Positions 50,229 to 60,192 of a stretch of DNA of 64,000 nt are shown here, in pieces. The DNA lies in the NCBI GenBank assembly GCA_030373145.1, contig JAUCZK010000010.1, positions 3,679-67,678 on the forward strand, in the 5' to 3' direction. How positions within the stretch are numbered: the first letter of the stretch is position 1; each line of letters starts with the position of its first letter. Both the position numbers and the translations under genes were made by a program. Source of the DNA: Cyanobium sp. CZS48M (GTDB taxonomy: Bacteria; Cyanobacteriota; Cyanobacteriia; PCC-6307; Cyanobiaceae). A model generated the notes under the pieces. It saw nothing but the letters and a program-made list of their open reading frames with translations. It made no database searches and was not told where the DNA came from.

Positions 50229-50674
50229 TGGGTTGACATCCAACAAGGATGCTTTCATCGTGCCGCACGACTGGTGCGACCGCACAGGGGATAACCCTAC
50301 CCACTGGAAGAAATCCCCTACGAGGAGCCCGACCAGGCAGGATTCGCAGTCTGCTGTGGATAATACCTACTGCCACAGATTCTACATCATGTTCTCTCAT
50401 CGTAGGCGGGTGGATATCCAGTAACTACATCTTGTAAAGCAACGCACCTGTAGACCGAAAGCGCGGCAACGCTTAAGGGATGAGCAAACGTTAACGAGGA
50501 GAAGACCATGCGCGGGTTCAATGGTGACTCCCTCCGCAGACTTGGATCCACAGCCCTTCGGCTCGCGGGAGCAGAGCTTGTCTTGAGCGTGCCTTCCGTA
50601 GCGATGCCGGCGGCTCAAAACGGCAGGCCAGCAGCCTAGCTTGGCAATTAATCCCATTCGGTGGACTAGACATC

Positions 50675-50920
50675 ATGACATCAACAAGAGGTTATGAATT
50701 CCGCTGCACTCTCACCTACGGAGATATCTATGGGCAGATCCTTGTGTGGTTGCTGGTGATCTTCCTGAGCCTCGCTGCGGGCCTGGCGTTGATGGGTGCT
50801 ACCCATCCCCTGGCTGGCATCGTGTTGATAGGGCTGATTTTCGTGCTGTCTTTGCCATTTCTGATGTTTGCCTTCGTGACCACCTTGTTCAGTCACATCG
50901 CTCTTGATGAGCAGTCTTAA
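50675..50920 (+). CDS. small two-TM conserved cyanobacterial membrane protein
   Basis: FRCTLTYGDIYGQILVWL...LSLPFLMFAFVTTL. Confidence 0.7.
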   Translation: MTSTRGYEFRCTLTYGDIYGQILVWLLVIFLSLAAGLALMGATHPLAGIVLIGLIFVLSLPFLMFAFVTTLFSHIALDEQS

Positions 50921-51240
50921 TTGCTGGCGTATTCACGCAGCAGGTCCTGCAGGCGTGCCTGGAATTTGTCCTCAGGCAGGCCGCCGGCGATTTCGCCATG
51001 GATGCTAAAGTCCCCCTCAGGATTGCTTACCAACAGATAGGTAGGCAACCCCAGATTGTGCTTGAGGGGATAGCGATGCAGCAATACCTTGCGGTATCGC
51101 CCGTAGATCATTGGGTTTTTCATGTCGACATCCATAAAAGTCAATCCCAGCCCATCGGCTACTCTGGAGTCGAAGGTAGCCATCCGCTGGCAGATTGAGC
51201 AGTCATGGGTGCCGTACTTCAGCAGGGTGAGCATGTCCAT
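50917..51240 (-). CDS. thioredoxin-fold protein
   Basis: HDCSIC (CxxC), LGLPTYLLV. Confidence 0.75.
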   Translation of the reverse strand: MDMLTLLKYGTHDCSICQRMATFDSRVADGLGLTFMDVDMKNPMIYGRYRKVLLHRYPLKHNLGLPTYLLVSNPEGDFSIHGEIAGGLPEDKFQARLQDLLREYASN

Positions 51241-51368
51241 CTCCTTCGCGTTGACTGATCACTAGCTTAACTGTGGTTCACCACTTGGTTGATCATGCCT
51301 GCAGCTGAGAGTGTCGCTGCTGAGGGGTGAGACCACCAGCGGTTGCGGATCCGATGTCTGCCAGCCGA

Positions 51369-52184
51369 TCATGTCGGTCCATCCCGCCCGGATGGGTTTG
51401 ATGTAGTCGAAGAACAAGCGAAAAGGGCGGCGCTGACGGCACCCTGAAACCAGCACAGCCTGATCGTCTGGTCAGCTCGTGGAGCAGGCTCTGAAACCAG
51501 TGCCGTCTTGACTGACTCACCGCTCAGGGAGGCTGAATTAACGTCGACCTCCTGGGCCCTTCTCACCTCCGCCTTCGGGTGGCACCTTTGCGCATCAGCC
51601 TTCTCGTGACCGTAGGTGGCACCTGCGGTCCGCTTCGGCTTGAGCACCTCCTCTGGCAAGACCAGCCCGCCTCGATACCCCTGCTCATACCAGAGAACAG
51701 GCGCCTGCTCGGGGCTGTACTCCCAGGTCTTGAGGACGCTGCCGAATTCCAGACCCTTGGATTTGTGGGCCGTGGTCAGGGCCATCACATCGGCCGTGAG
51801 CGAACTGACGGCCATCCGCTTGATCCCGGCGATCTCCTCGGGAATGCCCTGCCAGTGGTCGTGACGGTCGATCAGATGGCACCAGGCCTTGAGATCCCGC
51901 ACGTCCTGCTCTTCTGCGTAGGACTACAGCTCCCCGTAACCCTTGAAGCCAGCGAGAAAGCCATCACCGATCAGGGAGTGCTCGCCGCGCTTGAGGTGGT
52001 ACAGATCCAGCAGCTGCTGGAGCCGGTGTCCATCGATTCCACCGCACCAATACGTCCGCTTCCCATGGTGGGCAAGCGCGAGCGCCTGCTTGTAGATGGT
52101 GGCGCTACCACGTGCGATGAATGCAGAGGTGTCAGGTGCCGGTGTTGTCCGGAGACCCCTGAGTTGGCGTGATTCACCTTTCAA
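51369..52184 (-). pseudogene. UvrD-like SF1 helicase C-terminal remnant
   Basis: ORFs 51924-52184 and 51369-51902 are in frame across one TAG; motif V LTTAHKSKGLEF; motif VI and the N-terminal ATPase are absent. Confidence 0.7.
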
Positions 52185-52208
52185 GGCGAGCAGGTGGTGG
52201 GACAGGGC

Positions 52209-52709
52209 TCAGGCTTCCAGCAGGCTGCGGAGCATCCAGGCGGTCTTTTCATGCACCCGCAGCCGCTGGGTGAGCAGGTCGGAAGTGGGTTCGTCTCCGG
52301 CCTCCATCGCAAGCGGGAAGAGGCTGCGGGCGGTACGGGCCACAGCCTCATGGCCCATGACCAGCTCACGCACCATTTCGAATGCGCCGGGCTGCCCCTC
52401 TGTTTCCGGGATTGAGGAAAGCTCTGCAAAGCGAGCTCCGCCATACGGGGCTGGGAAGCCCAGGGCCCGGATACGTTCGGCAATCACGTCAAGTGCCGTC
52501 CAGAGCTCGGTGTACTGGTCCATGAACATCAGGTGAAGCGTGTTGAACATCGGCCCGGTCACGTTCCAGTGAAAGCCGTGGGTCTTGCCATAGAGCACGT
52601 AGCTGTCAGCCAGGAAGCGGCCCAGCCCCTCTGCGATCCTCTGGCGCTGGCCAGAAGGGATGCCGATGTCGATGGAAGTGGCAGTTGCAGTGGCAGTGGC
52701 AGTTGTCAA
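52209..52709 (-). CDS. dps: Dps DNA-protection during starvation protein
   Basis: [34 protein letters not shown]; TTG start; TATATATA from a hexamer repeat. Confidence 0.93.
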   Translation of the reverse strand: MTTATATATATSIDIGIPSGQRQRIAEGLGRFLADSYVLYGKTHGFHWNVTGPMFNTLHLMFMDQYTELWTALDVIAERIRALGFPAPYGGARFAELSSIPETEGQPGAFEMVRELVMGHEAVARTARSLFPLAMEAGDEPTSDLLTQRLRVHEKTAWMLRSLLEA

Positions 52710-53243
52710 GGGTCGTTGGGCGATGGATAACCCAACCTATGCAGCACCAACCAAGGTGAAGCCATGATGTTCCGCGGGTTTTAAGGACATGTCAGGAAGG
52801 GTCCCGCCAAGGCCAATGGGACAGTCCATCAATGACCACTCCCGCTTCTAGCGGTCAACGATTCATGGCGCAGCAGAACCAGGAGGCCGCTGAGCTCTGC
52901 CTGGAGCCAGCCAGCTGGAGAAAAGAACGAGCCACTGGGAGACAGTGTTCCAACCGAGGTCTTCTACAGGCGGCAGGGGCTATTGATCAGCATCTCAGGA
53001 GCAACGTTGGCTCGACCCTCAAAGTTGATGATGAAATCCCCGCCCATTCGGTGCCTGCCGGCAAGGTCTTGATCATCTTCATCTTACTTGAAGAAATAAG
53101 CCGTGAAAACGCAGGTTTCACGTGAATACGCTGATACCTTGCATGAAATCCTAGAAGCGCCTTCTAGAAGAACTAGTATGCCAAAGAGGCAATAATATGC
53201 AGAATATTCAAAAGGGACGAGTCAAAGTCTTTTTTGAGGGCTT

Positions 53244-54119
53244 ATGCCTGTAATTCAACCAAACAGGATCGCTGTAGGCAATGGCCTAAGCGACTATTTC
53301 CGCCTAATCAAGCGGATTCCTCTTCTGGCTCCTGACGAAGAACTGCACCTGGCCGGAATCGTGCAGGAGTGGCTCAACGATCCCAATCCGTCGAAAGCTC
53401 TGCTGCGAAGGGGCGCCAGGGCCAAGAGTCGGATGGTATCGGCCAACCTCAGGTTGGTGGTGCAGATCTGCCTCAGATACAAGAATCGGATCGGGTCCCT
53501 CCAGATGGAGATGCTTGACCTTCTGCAGTCAGGCAATCTTGGATTGATCCGAGCCGTCGAACGGTACGATCCCAAACGCGGCTACAAGTTTTCCACCTAT
53601 GCCTTCTGGTGGATTCGCGAGGCGGTTACACGTGCTATGAGTGAAAACGGCAACGGCATTAAGATCCCAAGGACGATTCTCAACCTGGCCTACCGTGCCG
53701 ATCTTCTCCAAGCCTCATCCGACCAGGCCCTCTCGACCCGCGAGGTCGCATGTCGTCTCGGAGAATCAGAAAAGCGTCTGGTGAATTCGATCCGCATCGT
53801 ACGAGAGTGTCGTACGACATCACTCGATAAGCCAGTGGGCGCGATGAGCGAGGACACAAACCTGATCGATTTGATCGGAGATGAGCAGGTAATGACCGTA
53901 GACGACGACTACAAGTGGCTATATGAACATGTTCAGGCTCTAAACTCACGTGAGCGTCACGTGCTTCAGCTTCGCTATGGCGATGAGAAGAGCCGTTCAT
54001 ACGCCGAAGTTGGCGGTTCCATGGGCGTGACAAAGGATCGAGCGCAGAGTCTCGAACGAGGAGCCCTACGCAAGCTCCGCCGTCGACTCACTCCCGTACT
54101 CAATCCCTGCAAGGCCTGA
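53244..54119 (+). CDS. sigma-70 family (group 2/3-like) RNA polymerase sigma factor, divergent
   Basis: IPLL..DEE, ANLRLVV, DLLQSGNLGLIRAVERYDPKRGYKFSTYAFWWIR, region 4 HTH. Confidence 0.9.
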   Translation: MPVIQPNRIAVGNGLSDYFRLIKRIPLLAPDEELHLAGIVQEWLNDPNPSKALLRRGARAKSRMVSANLRLVVQICLRYKNRIGSLQMEMLDLLQSGNLGLIRAVERYDPKRGYKFSTYAFWWIREAVTRAMSENGNGIKIPRTILNLAYRADLLQASSDQALSTREVACRLGESEKRLVNSIRIVRECRTTSLDKPVGAMSEDTNLIDLIGDEQVMTVDDDYKWLYEHVQALNSRERHVLQLRYGDEKSRSYAEVGGSMGVTKDRAQSLERGALRKLRRRLTPVLNPCKA

Positions 54120-54924
54120 ACCTCTGAGATGATGTGTTTGAGAGGTCTGATCGTCATCCCGCACTCGCCTTGACCTTGCGGCGCGTGAGACCTTGAAATC
54201 CCGCCGCCGGGTAGGAGCGAGGCCAATGCGGAAGTTCAACCCTGTGCCTCGCCTGTCCAAGCAGCCAACAGTTCCAAGATCTTCTACAGCATGAACTCCA
54301 TGACAGCCGTCATGCCAATGGTTGTCATGGGTGCGATTTTACGAGTACTGGCCTGTGATTCCTGCTTCGCTCATTATATTCTCAACTTCCATTTCGAGGA
54401 GAATAGCTGGGACGTTTTAGCACTACTCAATCTCTCTCAGCTTTTCGCCTCAAAGCTTGCCCAAAATCACGATCAAGTCTTGCCCTCACAGCCAGGGCCG
54501 GGGTGTCACCGCCCGTCCCAAGCGGTGGTTCGGCTCCACCGAGTTGGATTGGCCCGACGGGCCTTCTCCTAGACATCGGCTCGTTGCTTACAGATTGCTT
54601 TGGCGGTACCGCAGGCTCTTCCACCTCAAGGGCCCGGATGCCTCAGGCCAGGGCTTTGAGTCACCCTCAAGGAGCGCCAGGAGAAGGCGGTGGAGGCGGC
54701 TTCGGCGGAGGGCTGAAGTCACTTCTCTCGATGAGGCGTTCGTGACTTGAGGCCAAGGGCGGCAACTGAGTGTGATGGGTGTCCGTCTGAGCCGCTCCAC
54801 GATGGAAGACGCGGCTCCGTGGAGCAGCCCATTGAGCAGTGACCCTGGCTCAACGATGAGGTGCACCAGCGCGGTTGGCGTATAATTTCCTTAGCTTGGG
54901 TACAGCCGGACGCTCGCAACTCTC

Positions 54925-55746
54925 ATGAGCATGAAGAAATGCCCATCGCCCGTCGAGTCGATCGAGGAGATGCAGACCGATCTTCCCTACGACGAACCGA
55001 TTGACAAGAAAGACTACAAACGTGACCTCGAAAAGCTCCAGATCGAACTGCTCAAGGCGCAGCGTCACATCAAGGCTGTCGGAGAGCGCGTGGTTCTCCT
55101 GTTCGAAGGTCGCGATGCGGCGGGCAAGGGTGGATCGATCAAGCGCTTCCGCCAACACCTGAACCCTCGCGGTAGTGAACATGTGGCGCTGGCGAAACCC
55201 AACGATGCCGAAGCAACCCAGTGGTACTTCCAGCGCTACGTCCCGCACCTGCCAGCGGCCGGCGAAATCACGATGTTCGACAGGTCGTGGTACAACCGGG
55301 CCGGCGTCGAGAAGGTGATGGGCTTCTGCACACCGCAGGAGCACGCCCTGTTCCTCCGCCAGGTTCCCGCCTTCGAACAGTCACTCGTCAGCAGTGGGAT
55401 CCTGCTCTTCAAGATGTGGTTCACCGTGTCGCAGGCCCGCCAGAAACATCGTTTCGACGACCGGCGCGAGGATCTGCTCAAGCAGTGGAAGATCTCGCCC
55501 ATCGACGAGGTGAGCGTGGAGAAGTACGACGCATACACCAAAGCTCGCAACGAGATGCTCCTCGCCACCGACACCCTCGTGGCGCCATGGACGATCGTCA
55601 ACTCGAACGAGAAGAGGCGGGCCCGTCTCGGCGCCATCCGCAGCGTGCTCCACGCACTGGACTACGAGCACAAGGACCACGACGTCGTCGGTGAGCCCGA
55701 TCCACGGGTCGTGCGCACGGCCCAGTCGTTGTTCATCGACAATTGA
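54925..55746 (+). CDS. ppk2: polyphosphate kinase 2
   Basis: FEGRDAAGKGG, WYFQRY, FDRSWYNRAGVEKVMGF. Confidence 0.94.
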   Translation: MSMKKCPSPVESIEEMQTDLPYDEPIDKKDYKRDLEKLQIELLKAQRHIKAVGERVVLLFEGRDAAGKGGSIKRFRQHLNPRGSEHVALAKPNDAEATQWYFQRYVPHLPAAGEITMFDRSWYNRAGVEKVMGFCTPQEHALFLRQVPAFEQSLVSSGILLFKMWFTVSQARQKHRFDDRREDLLKQWKISPIDEVSVEKYDAYTKARNEMLLATDTLVAPWTIVNSNEKRRARLGAIRSVLHALDYEHKDHDVVGEPDPRVVRTAQSLFIDN

Positions 55747-56220
55747 GTGGTCGCCTCGCGTCGGGATGACGCCACCGTCAAGGCCAAAGAGGTGACAGCT
55801 GAGACGATCGCGATCGCTGCAAGATCAATCCCTTGGCGGCACTGACTCACTTGTTCTTGGCCAGCCGCCAACTGCTGCTGACAAGCTGAACAAGGGTTCA
55901 GTTTACCAGTTGGGCACCAATAAGTCAGGCACCGATAAGGCCAACAAAGCAGGGCAGTTTCATGCCGAAATCAGCAGTGAGTGACTGATTGAGTTGTGAT
56001 GTCAACAGATGTGCTCATTTTTGATATTGTGCCGCTGCTGGTACCTACCCGGACGACATTGTCCAGAGCTTCCCTAGGCTTAAAATCATCACTGGATTGA
56101 AATCAAGAAATCGCTCCACAAGACTCCTTCCCAGTTAGAACTGGCAACATCTTTGTAATCCAATCCACACAAGCGGCCATGGCGCAGCCTTAAACTGGGG
56201 GTCATCCTGACAAGTAGCGA

Positions 56221-56448
56221 ATGCTGGCTTTTGTTCTGGCCTCCTCCTTGAACGCATCCGTGGCCAAAGCCAATCCCCCAGGCTCCCCCTGCAGCATCAC
56301 TCAGGAGGTGGTCGGGACGGCGCCTTCGGACATTGTCCAGAAAATGTTTGCTCAGCACTTCGACGCGCCATTGAACCGTGTTGATTGCCGAGACGATGGG
56401 CTCTGCTATCAGAAGTGGGGCAAAGATTGCAAGAAATCCAACCTCTGA
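56221..56448 (+). CDS. small putatively secreted four-Cys protein
   Basis: Signal-like N-terminus ending AKA; Cys at about residues 24, 56, 62 and 70. Confidence 0.35.
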   Translation: MLAFVLASSLNASVAKANPPGSPCSITQEVVGTAPSDIVQKMFAQHFDAPLNRVDCRDDGLCYQKWGKDCKKSNL

Positions 56449-56623
56449 CTGGTCGGCGTGACTGGGGCGCAGGCTGACCCATAAAAGGCACCCACCTCAG
56501 TCGGCCACTGGTCTATCCGCCTGGGAACGACAGCAGATCCTGGCGTCCTCTGCACCAGATCACTCAGCGATCACCGGGGTGTGAGACGCCTGTGGCACTC
56601 ATCAGTGCAGCTGCTTCTCCACC

Positions 56624-56995
56624 TTGGCCACCCGCGCCGTCTACTCATTCACCGGCTTCCCGGGCACGGCTGAGCGCCATCTCTACCTCCACCACGACGG
56701 CTACCCCACCGGGGCGGCCTGGCGCTTCGCCACCGCGCTGCGTCACAGCCACGAGGCCTCAGCCTTCCTCGCTTCCTTCCTGAGCACCCAGCCCAGGGCG
56801 GAGGCACTCACCAGCGCTGAGCATTCCGCCGATGCCGAGTACCGCTACCAGGTGCTGCTGCTGGAGAGCACCGAGTCCCGCCTGCAGGTGGCGTGCTGGC
56901 GACGGCTTCCGGGGGACTCCAGCTGGCAGCCCCGATGCGGACCCATGGCCCTGGCGGTGTTTATCCAGCGTTTCCTGCCCGGGGAGCTGCCCTGA
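56624..56995 (+). CDS. hypothetical protein with HHDGYP motif
   Basis: MATRAVYSF...LYLHHDGYPTGAAWRF; TTG start. Confidence 0.65.
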   Translation: MATRAVYSFTGFPGTAERHLYLHHDGYPTGAAWRFATALRHSHEASAFLASFLSTQPRAEALTSAEHSADAEYRYQVLLLESTESRLQVACWRRLPGDSSWQPRCGPMALAVFIQRFLPGELP

Positions 56996-57500
56996 TCAGG
57001 CCAAGCGGGCGCTCACAGCGCCTCAACCCCTCGGCGCAATCACCCCGCATCAGCAAGCCCGAGCCGCCCCAGATCAACCGCTGCGGCAGATCGAGCGCGC
57101 CCGCGCCCAGCTCCCGCAGCGGCTCAAAGCCCAGCCGGCGGAAGTAGCGAACCAGGCGGCGGTGCTGGTGCTCGTCGTCGCGGATGGCCAGCAGCGAGGC
57201 GCGGCGGCAGGGGGTGTGCTCCAGCGCCCAGGCGAAGGTGGCGGCCCAGATCAGCGGACCCACCAGGGCAGCGGCCGGCTCGCCGCGCGGCACCTGGATG
57301 CGCAGGGTGTCGAGATGGAGGCCGCCCGGCCGAGGAATCGCCCAGCCCTTGAGATCTCCCAGCAGCTGGGGGCCGCCCTCGGGGCCACGGCGGGCCACCC
57401 CCACCCGCAGCCCCCGCAGCACCGCGGGCCCGCTCAGCTGCAGGCGCAGCAGCAGCCCCCGCGCCGCGCCCCATGCCTCCAGTTCCGCCAGGGTGCTCAT
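56961..57500 (-). CDS. conserved hypothetical protein (possibly GNAT-like)
   Basis: LLAIRDDEHQHRRLVRYFRRLGF, LIWGGSGLLM. Confidence 0.7.
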   Translation of the reverse strand: MSTLAELEAWGAARGLLLRLQLSGPAVLRGLRVGVARRGPEGGPQLLGDLKGWAIPRPGGLHLDTLRIQVPRGEPAAALVGPLIWAATFAWALEHTPCRRASLLAIRDDEHQHRRLVRYFRRLGFEPLRELGAGALDLPQRLIWGGSGLLMRGDCAEGLRRCERPLGLIRAAPRAGNAG

Positions 57501-58507
57501 GCGGGGAACGGCTCCCAGGCCAACACCGCCGCCAGCGGCAGCGGCCCCCGGATGTGGGGGAACAGCTCAACGCTGCCGGGGGCCGGCTCCTCCACCACGG
57601 CGATGCCGGCGGCCGCCAGGCGCCCGGCATCGATCGTGAGCAGCAGCACCTCGGCCGCATCGGCGTAAAAGCGCTGGTGGGTGGCGGCGAGCTGATGGCT
57701 GTGGCTGGCGTGGATGAAGCCCACCTCCTCCAGGCTCAGGCCGCGGCTGGAGCGGCGGTAGACCCCCTCGCTCCTGGCGACGCGCCATTCCGGGGCCAGG
57801 GCCAGGTGATACAGCCAGCGCGGCGAGCGCCAGGCCGCTCGCGGGGCCCAGGGCGGGGCCATCACCGCCGAGAGCTCTGGGCTGACCAGGAACCGCCCCA
57901 GCCAGGCCTGCACCGCAGTCAGACCTGGCGCGGCATCGAACCTCTCCGGATCCGCCAGGCGGAACTGGCGCACGAACGGCAGCAGGGCCAGATCAGCCAG
58001 GGAGGGGCGATCACCCAGCTGGGGCAGCTTCTCATTCCACGCGCGCAGGATCGTCAGGGCCGCCGCCCGGTGCTCCTCGGGGTCGGCACCGGGGTGGCGG
58101 TTGGCGTACTTGAAGCGGTCGAGGTGGTGCTTGAAGGGACCGTCGTTGCTGGCGATCAACGCCTCGATCATGGCCCGCTGGGCCGCGTGGCCCGGTGTGT
58201 CGGCCCGCCGCCGCAGATCGCCGGGGTCGTGGTGCTCCAGGGCCCAGAGCATCACCGCCAGGCTCTGGTCGATCACGGAGCCAGCTCCATGGCTCTGCCC
58301 TGCTGAGGTGCCATCGGCTGGCAGCACCAGCACCGGCACCGTGCCCTTCGCGGAGGCCTCCAGCAATTCGGGGGGCTTGGCCTTCAAGTTCACCTCCCGC
58401 AGCTCCAGGTCACGGCCGGGCCGCACCCCCGCCGCCGCCATGGCCAGCCGGGCCCGGATCGCATAGGGGCAGCGGCGGAAGCTGTAGAGGATCGGCTGAT
58501 CTGCCAT
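57497..58507 (-). CDS. glutathione S-transferase fused to a DUF952 domain
   Basis: YSFRRCPYAIRAR, KGTVPVL; C-terminal LYHLA...GFIHAS...ELFPHIRGPL. Confidence 0.85.
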   Translation of the reverse strand: MADQPILYSFRRCPYAIRARLAMAAAGVRPGRDLELREVNLKAKPPELLEASAKGTVPVLVLPADGTSAGQSHGAGSVIDQSLAVMLWALEHHDPGDLRRRADTPGHAAQRAMIEALIASNDGPFKHHLDRFKYANRHPGADPEEHRAAALTILRAWNEKLPQLGDRPSLADLALLPFVRQFRLADPERFDAAPGLTAVQAWLGRFLVSPELSAVMAPPWAPRAAWRSPRWLYHLALAPEWRVARSEGVYRRSSRGLSLEEVGFIHASHSHQLAATHQRFYADAAEVLLLTIDAGRLAAAGIAVVEEPAPGSVELFPHIRGPLPLAAVLAWEPFPA

Positions 58508-58513
58508 GGGCCC

Positions 58514-59248
58514 CTACAGCACCCCCTGCTCGATCTCCTCGAGGTACAGGAACTCGGGAGACTTCACCCCCGCCCGCTCGCGAATCGCCACCAGCTCCTC
58601 GGATTCGAAGAAGGCGCGGGCCCGCTCCAGAGAACTCCAGGCGGAGAAATGGACCACCGTGTCTGTGGCGTCATCGAAGCGCAGCAGCTGGTAGCTGATC
58701 TCCCCGGCGGCCTTGCGCATCCCTGCAGCCTGATCGAACACCGCTTTCCAGGCGCCGTAGTCGGCAACGGCATGGATGATCAGCACATGGGACAGGGACC
58801 TGGGCGCCAGGTCGGGCTCCACCCAGCCGCGGCGGGCTTCCACCGACCACAGCCGCTCCGGCGAGTAGGCCTCCAGGGGCGAGGCCGGATCCGCCAGGTG
58901 GGAGGCCAGCAGCAGCTCCAGTGACTTCGGCAGCGGCAGCTCCTGATGGCGCGCCTGGTGAGCGGCCACCGCCCGCAGGAACCAGCGGGTGAGGGTCTCG
59001 TGGTAACCGGAGCTGTCGCTGTTCGGGGTGCCGGTGGCCTCGTTGTAGGCCCGGATCCGCTCGCGCAGATGGACCAGGGCCTGGTCATGCCCCCAACGGC
59101 CCAGGCTCGCCAGCGCGACCAGCAGGTGGGCCTGATGGGTCCAATGCGGGCGGGGCAGGCTGGCGGTCTCGAACGCCTCCACGAAGGTCTCGATCAGCTC
59201 GGGCGTCGACCACGACGCCACCACAGACGGCATCAACGGATCGGCCAT
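58514..59248 (-). CDS. two-domain hypothetical protein (HxxHL/YHET domain + ABM-like barrel)
   Basis: WTHQAHL...YHETLT...WVEPDL then HVLIIHAVADYGAWKAVFD. Confidence 0.7.
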   Translation of the reverse strand: MADPLMPSVVASWSTPELIETFVEAFETASLPRPHWTHQAHLLVALASLGRWGHDQALVHLRERIRAYNEATGTPNSDSSGYHETLTRWFLRAVAAHQARHQELPLPKSLELLLASHLADPASPLEAYSPERLWSVEARRGWVEPDLAPRSLSHVLIIHAVADYGAWKAVFDQAAGMRKAAGEISYQLLRFDDATDTVVHFSAWSSLERARAFFESEELVAIRERAGVKSPEFLYLEEIEQGVL

Positions 59249-59256
59249 GGGCCCCT

Positions 59257-60192
59257 TCAGCTGGTGAACACCTGGGCGATGTGAGCCTGGCCCCGCCGCT
59301 CAGCCAGCTCCACCTGGCGCTGGCGTTCCACCAGCTGGGCGCGGCGCTCCGGGGTGAGGCCATCGACACAATGGCGGCAGCTCACCCCCGCCACGTAGCT
59401 CGCCAGCTCGCGGTCGCTGGGGGAGAGGGGCCGGCGACAGCCGTGGCAGAGGCTGTGCTCACCGGGCTCCAGCTGGTGATTGACGGCCACCCGCTGGTCG
59501 AACACGAAGCATTCGCCGCGCCACTGGCTGCTGGGCTCGGGCACCTGCTCCAGATAGCGCAGGATGCCGCCCTGCAGGTGGTGCACCCCGCCAAAGCCCT
59601 GCTCCAGCAGATGGGCGGTGGCCTTCTCGCAGCGGATGCCACCGGTGCAGAACAGCGCCAGGGCCAGGGGGGCGCGCTCCGCCACCAGGGGGCGCAGCAC
59701 TGTGTCAACCCAGCGGGGGAAATCAGCGAAGCACTCCAGGCCCGGATCGATCGCCCCCTCGAAGCTGCCGAGCGCCACCTCATAGGCGTTGCGGGTGTCG
59801 ATCACCAGGGTGCCGGGATCATCGATCAGCTGATCCCACGCCGTGGGCGCCACGTAGGTGCCCACCTGCTCACTGGGCCTGGCTTCGGGGCGGCCCAGGG
59901 TCACGATCTCGGGCTTGAGACGCACCTTCAGCCTGTGGAAGCTCGGCCGCTCACTCCAGCTCAGCTTGGCCTCCAGATCCGCCAGGCGGGGGTCGGCGCG
60001 CAGGTGCTCGAGCACTGCCGTCACCCCCTGCTCGGGGCCGGCGATCGTGCCGTTCACGCCCTCCTCCGCCAGCAGCACCGTGCCCTTCACTCCCTGGTCC
60101 GCGGCCAGTTCCAGCAGCTGCGTGCGCCAGAGCGGCAACTCGGCGGCCGTGAAGGTCACGAACTTGTAGAAGGCCGCGATCCTGGCCCTCAA
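59257..60192 (-). CDS. trhO: rhodanese-related tRNA uridine(34) hydroxylase
   Basis: [51 protein letters not shown]. Confidence 0.9.
   Translation of the reverse strand: MRARIAAFYKFVTFTAAELPLWRTQLLELAADQGVKGTVLLAEEGVNGTIAGPEQGVTAVLEHLRADPRLADLEAKLSWSERPSFHRLKVRLKPEIVTLGRPEARPSEQVGTYVAPTAWDQLIDDPGTLVIDTRNAYEVALGSFEGAIDPGLECFADFPRWVDTVLRPLVAERAPLALALFCTGGIRCEKATAHLLEQGFGGVHHLQGGILRYLEQVPEPSSQWRGECFVFDQRVAVNHQLEPGEHSLCHGCRRPLSPSDRELASYVAGVSCRHCVDGLTPERRAQLVERQRQVELAERRGQAHIAQVFTS

Noticed and set aside
52678-52704. Hexamer repeat encoding TATATATA at the Dps N-terminus
   Set aside because: In-frame low-complexity linker; length changes would not shift the frame
52832-53125. 97-aa ORF between dps and the sigma factor
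   Set aside because: No recognisable motif and atypical composition; cannot be supported as a gene
54250-54330. Minus-strand peptide AVMEFML*KILELL resembling histone H2A
   Set aside because: Very short, interrupted by a stop, with no supporting flanks; most likely coincidence
56055-56341. 13-bp repeat GACATTGTCCAGA suggesting a decayed paralogue of the four-Cys ORF
   Set aside because: Similarity does not extend convincingly, and the upstream frame is closed by stops
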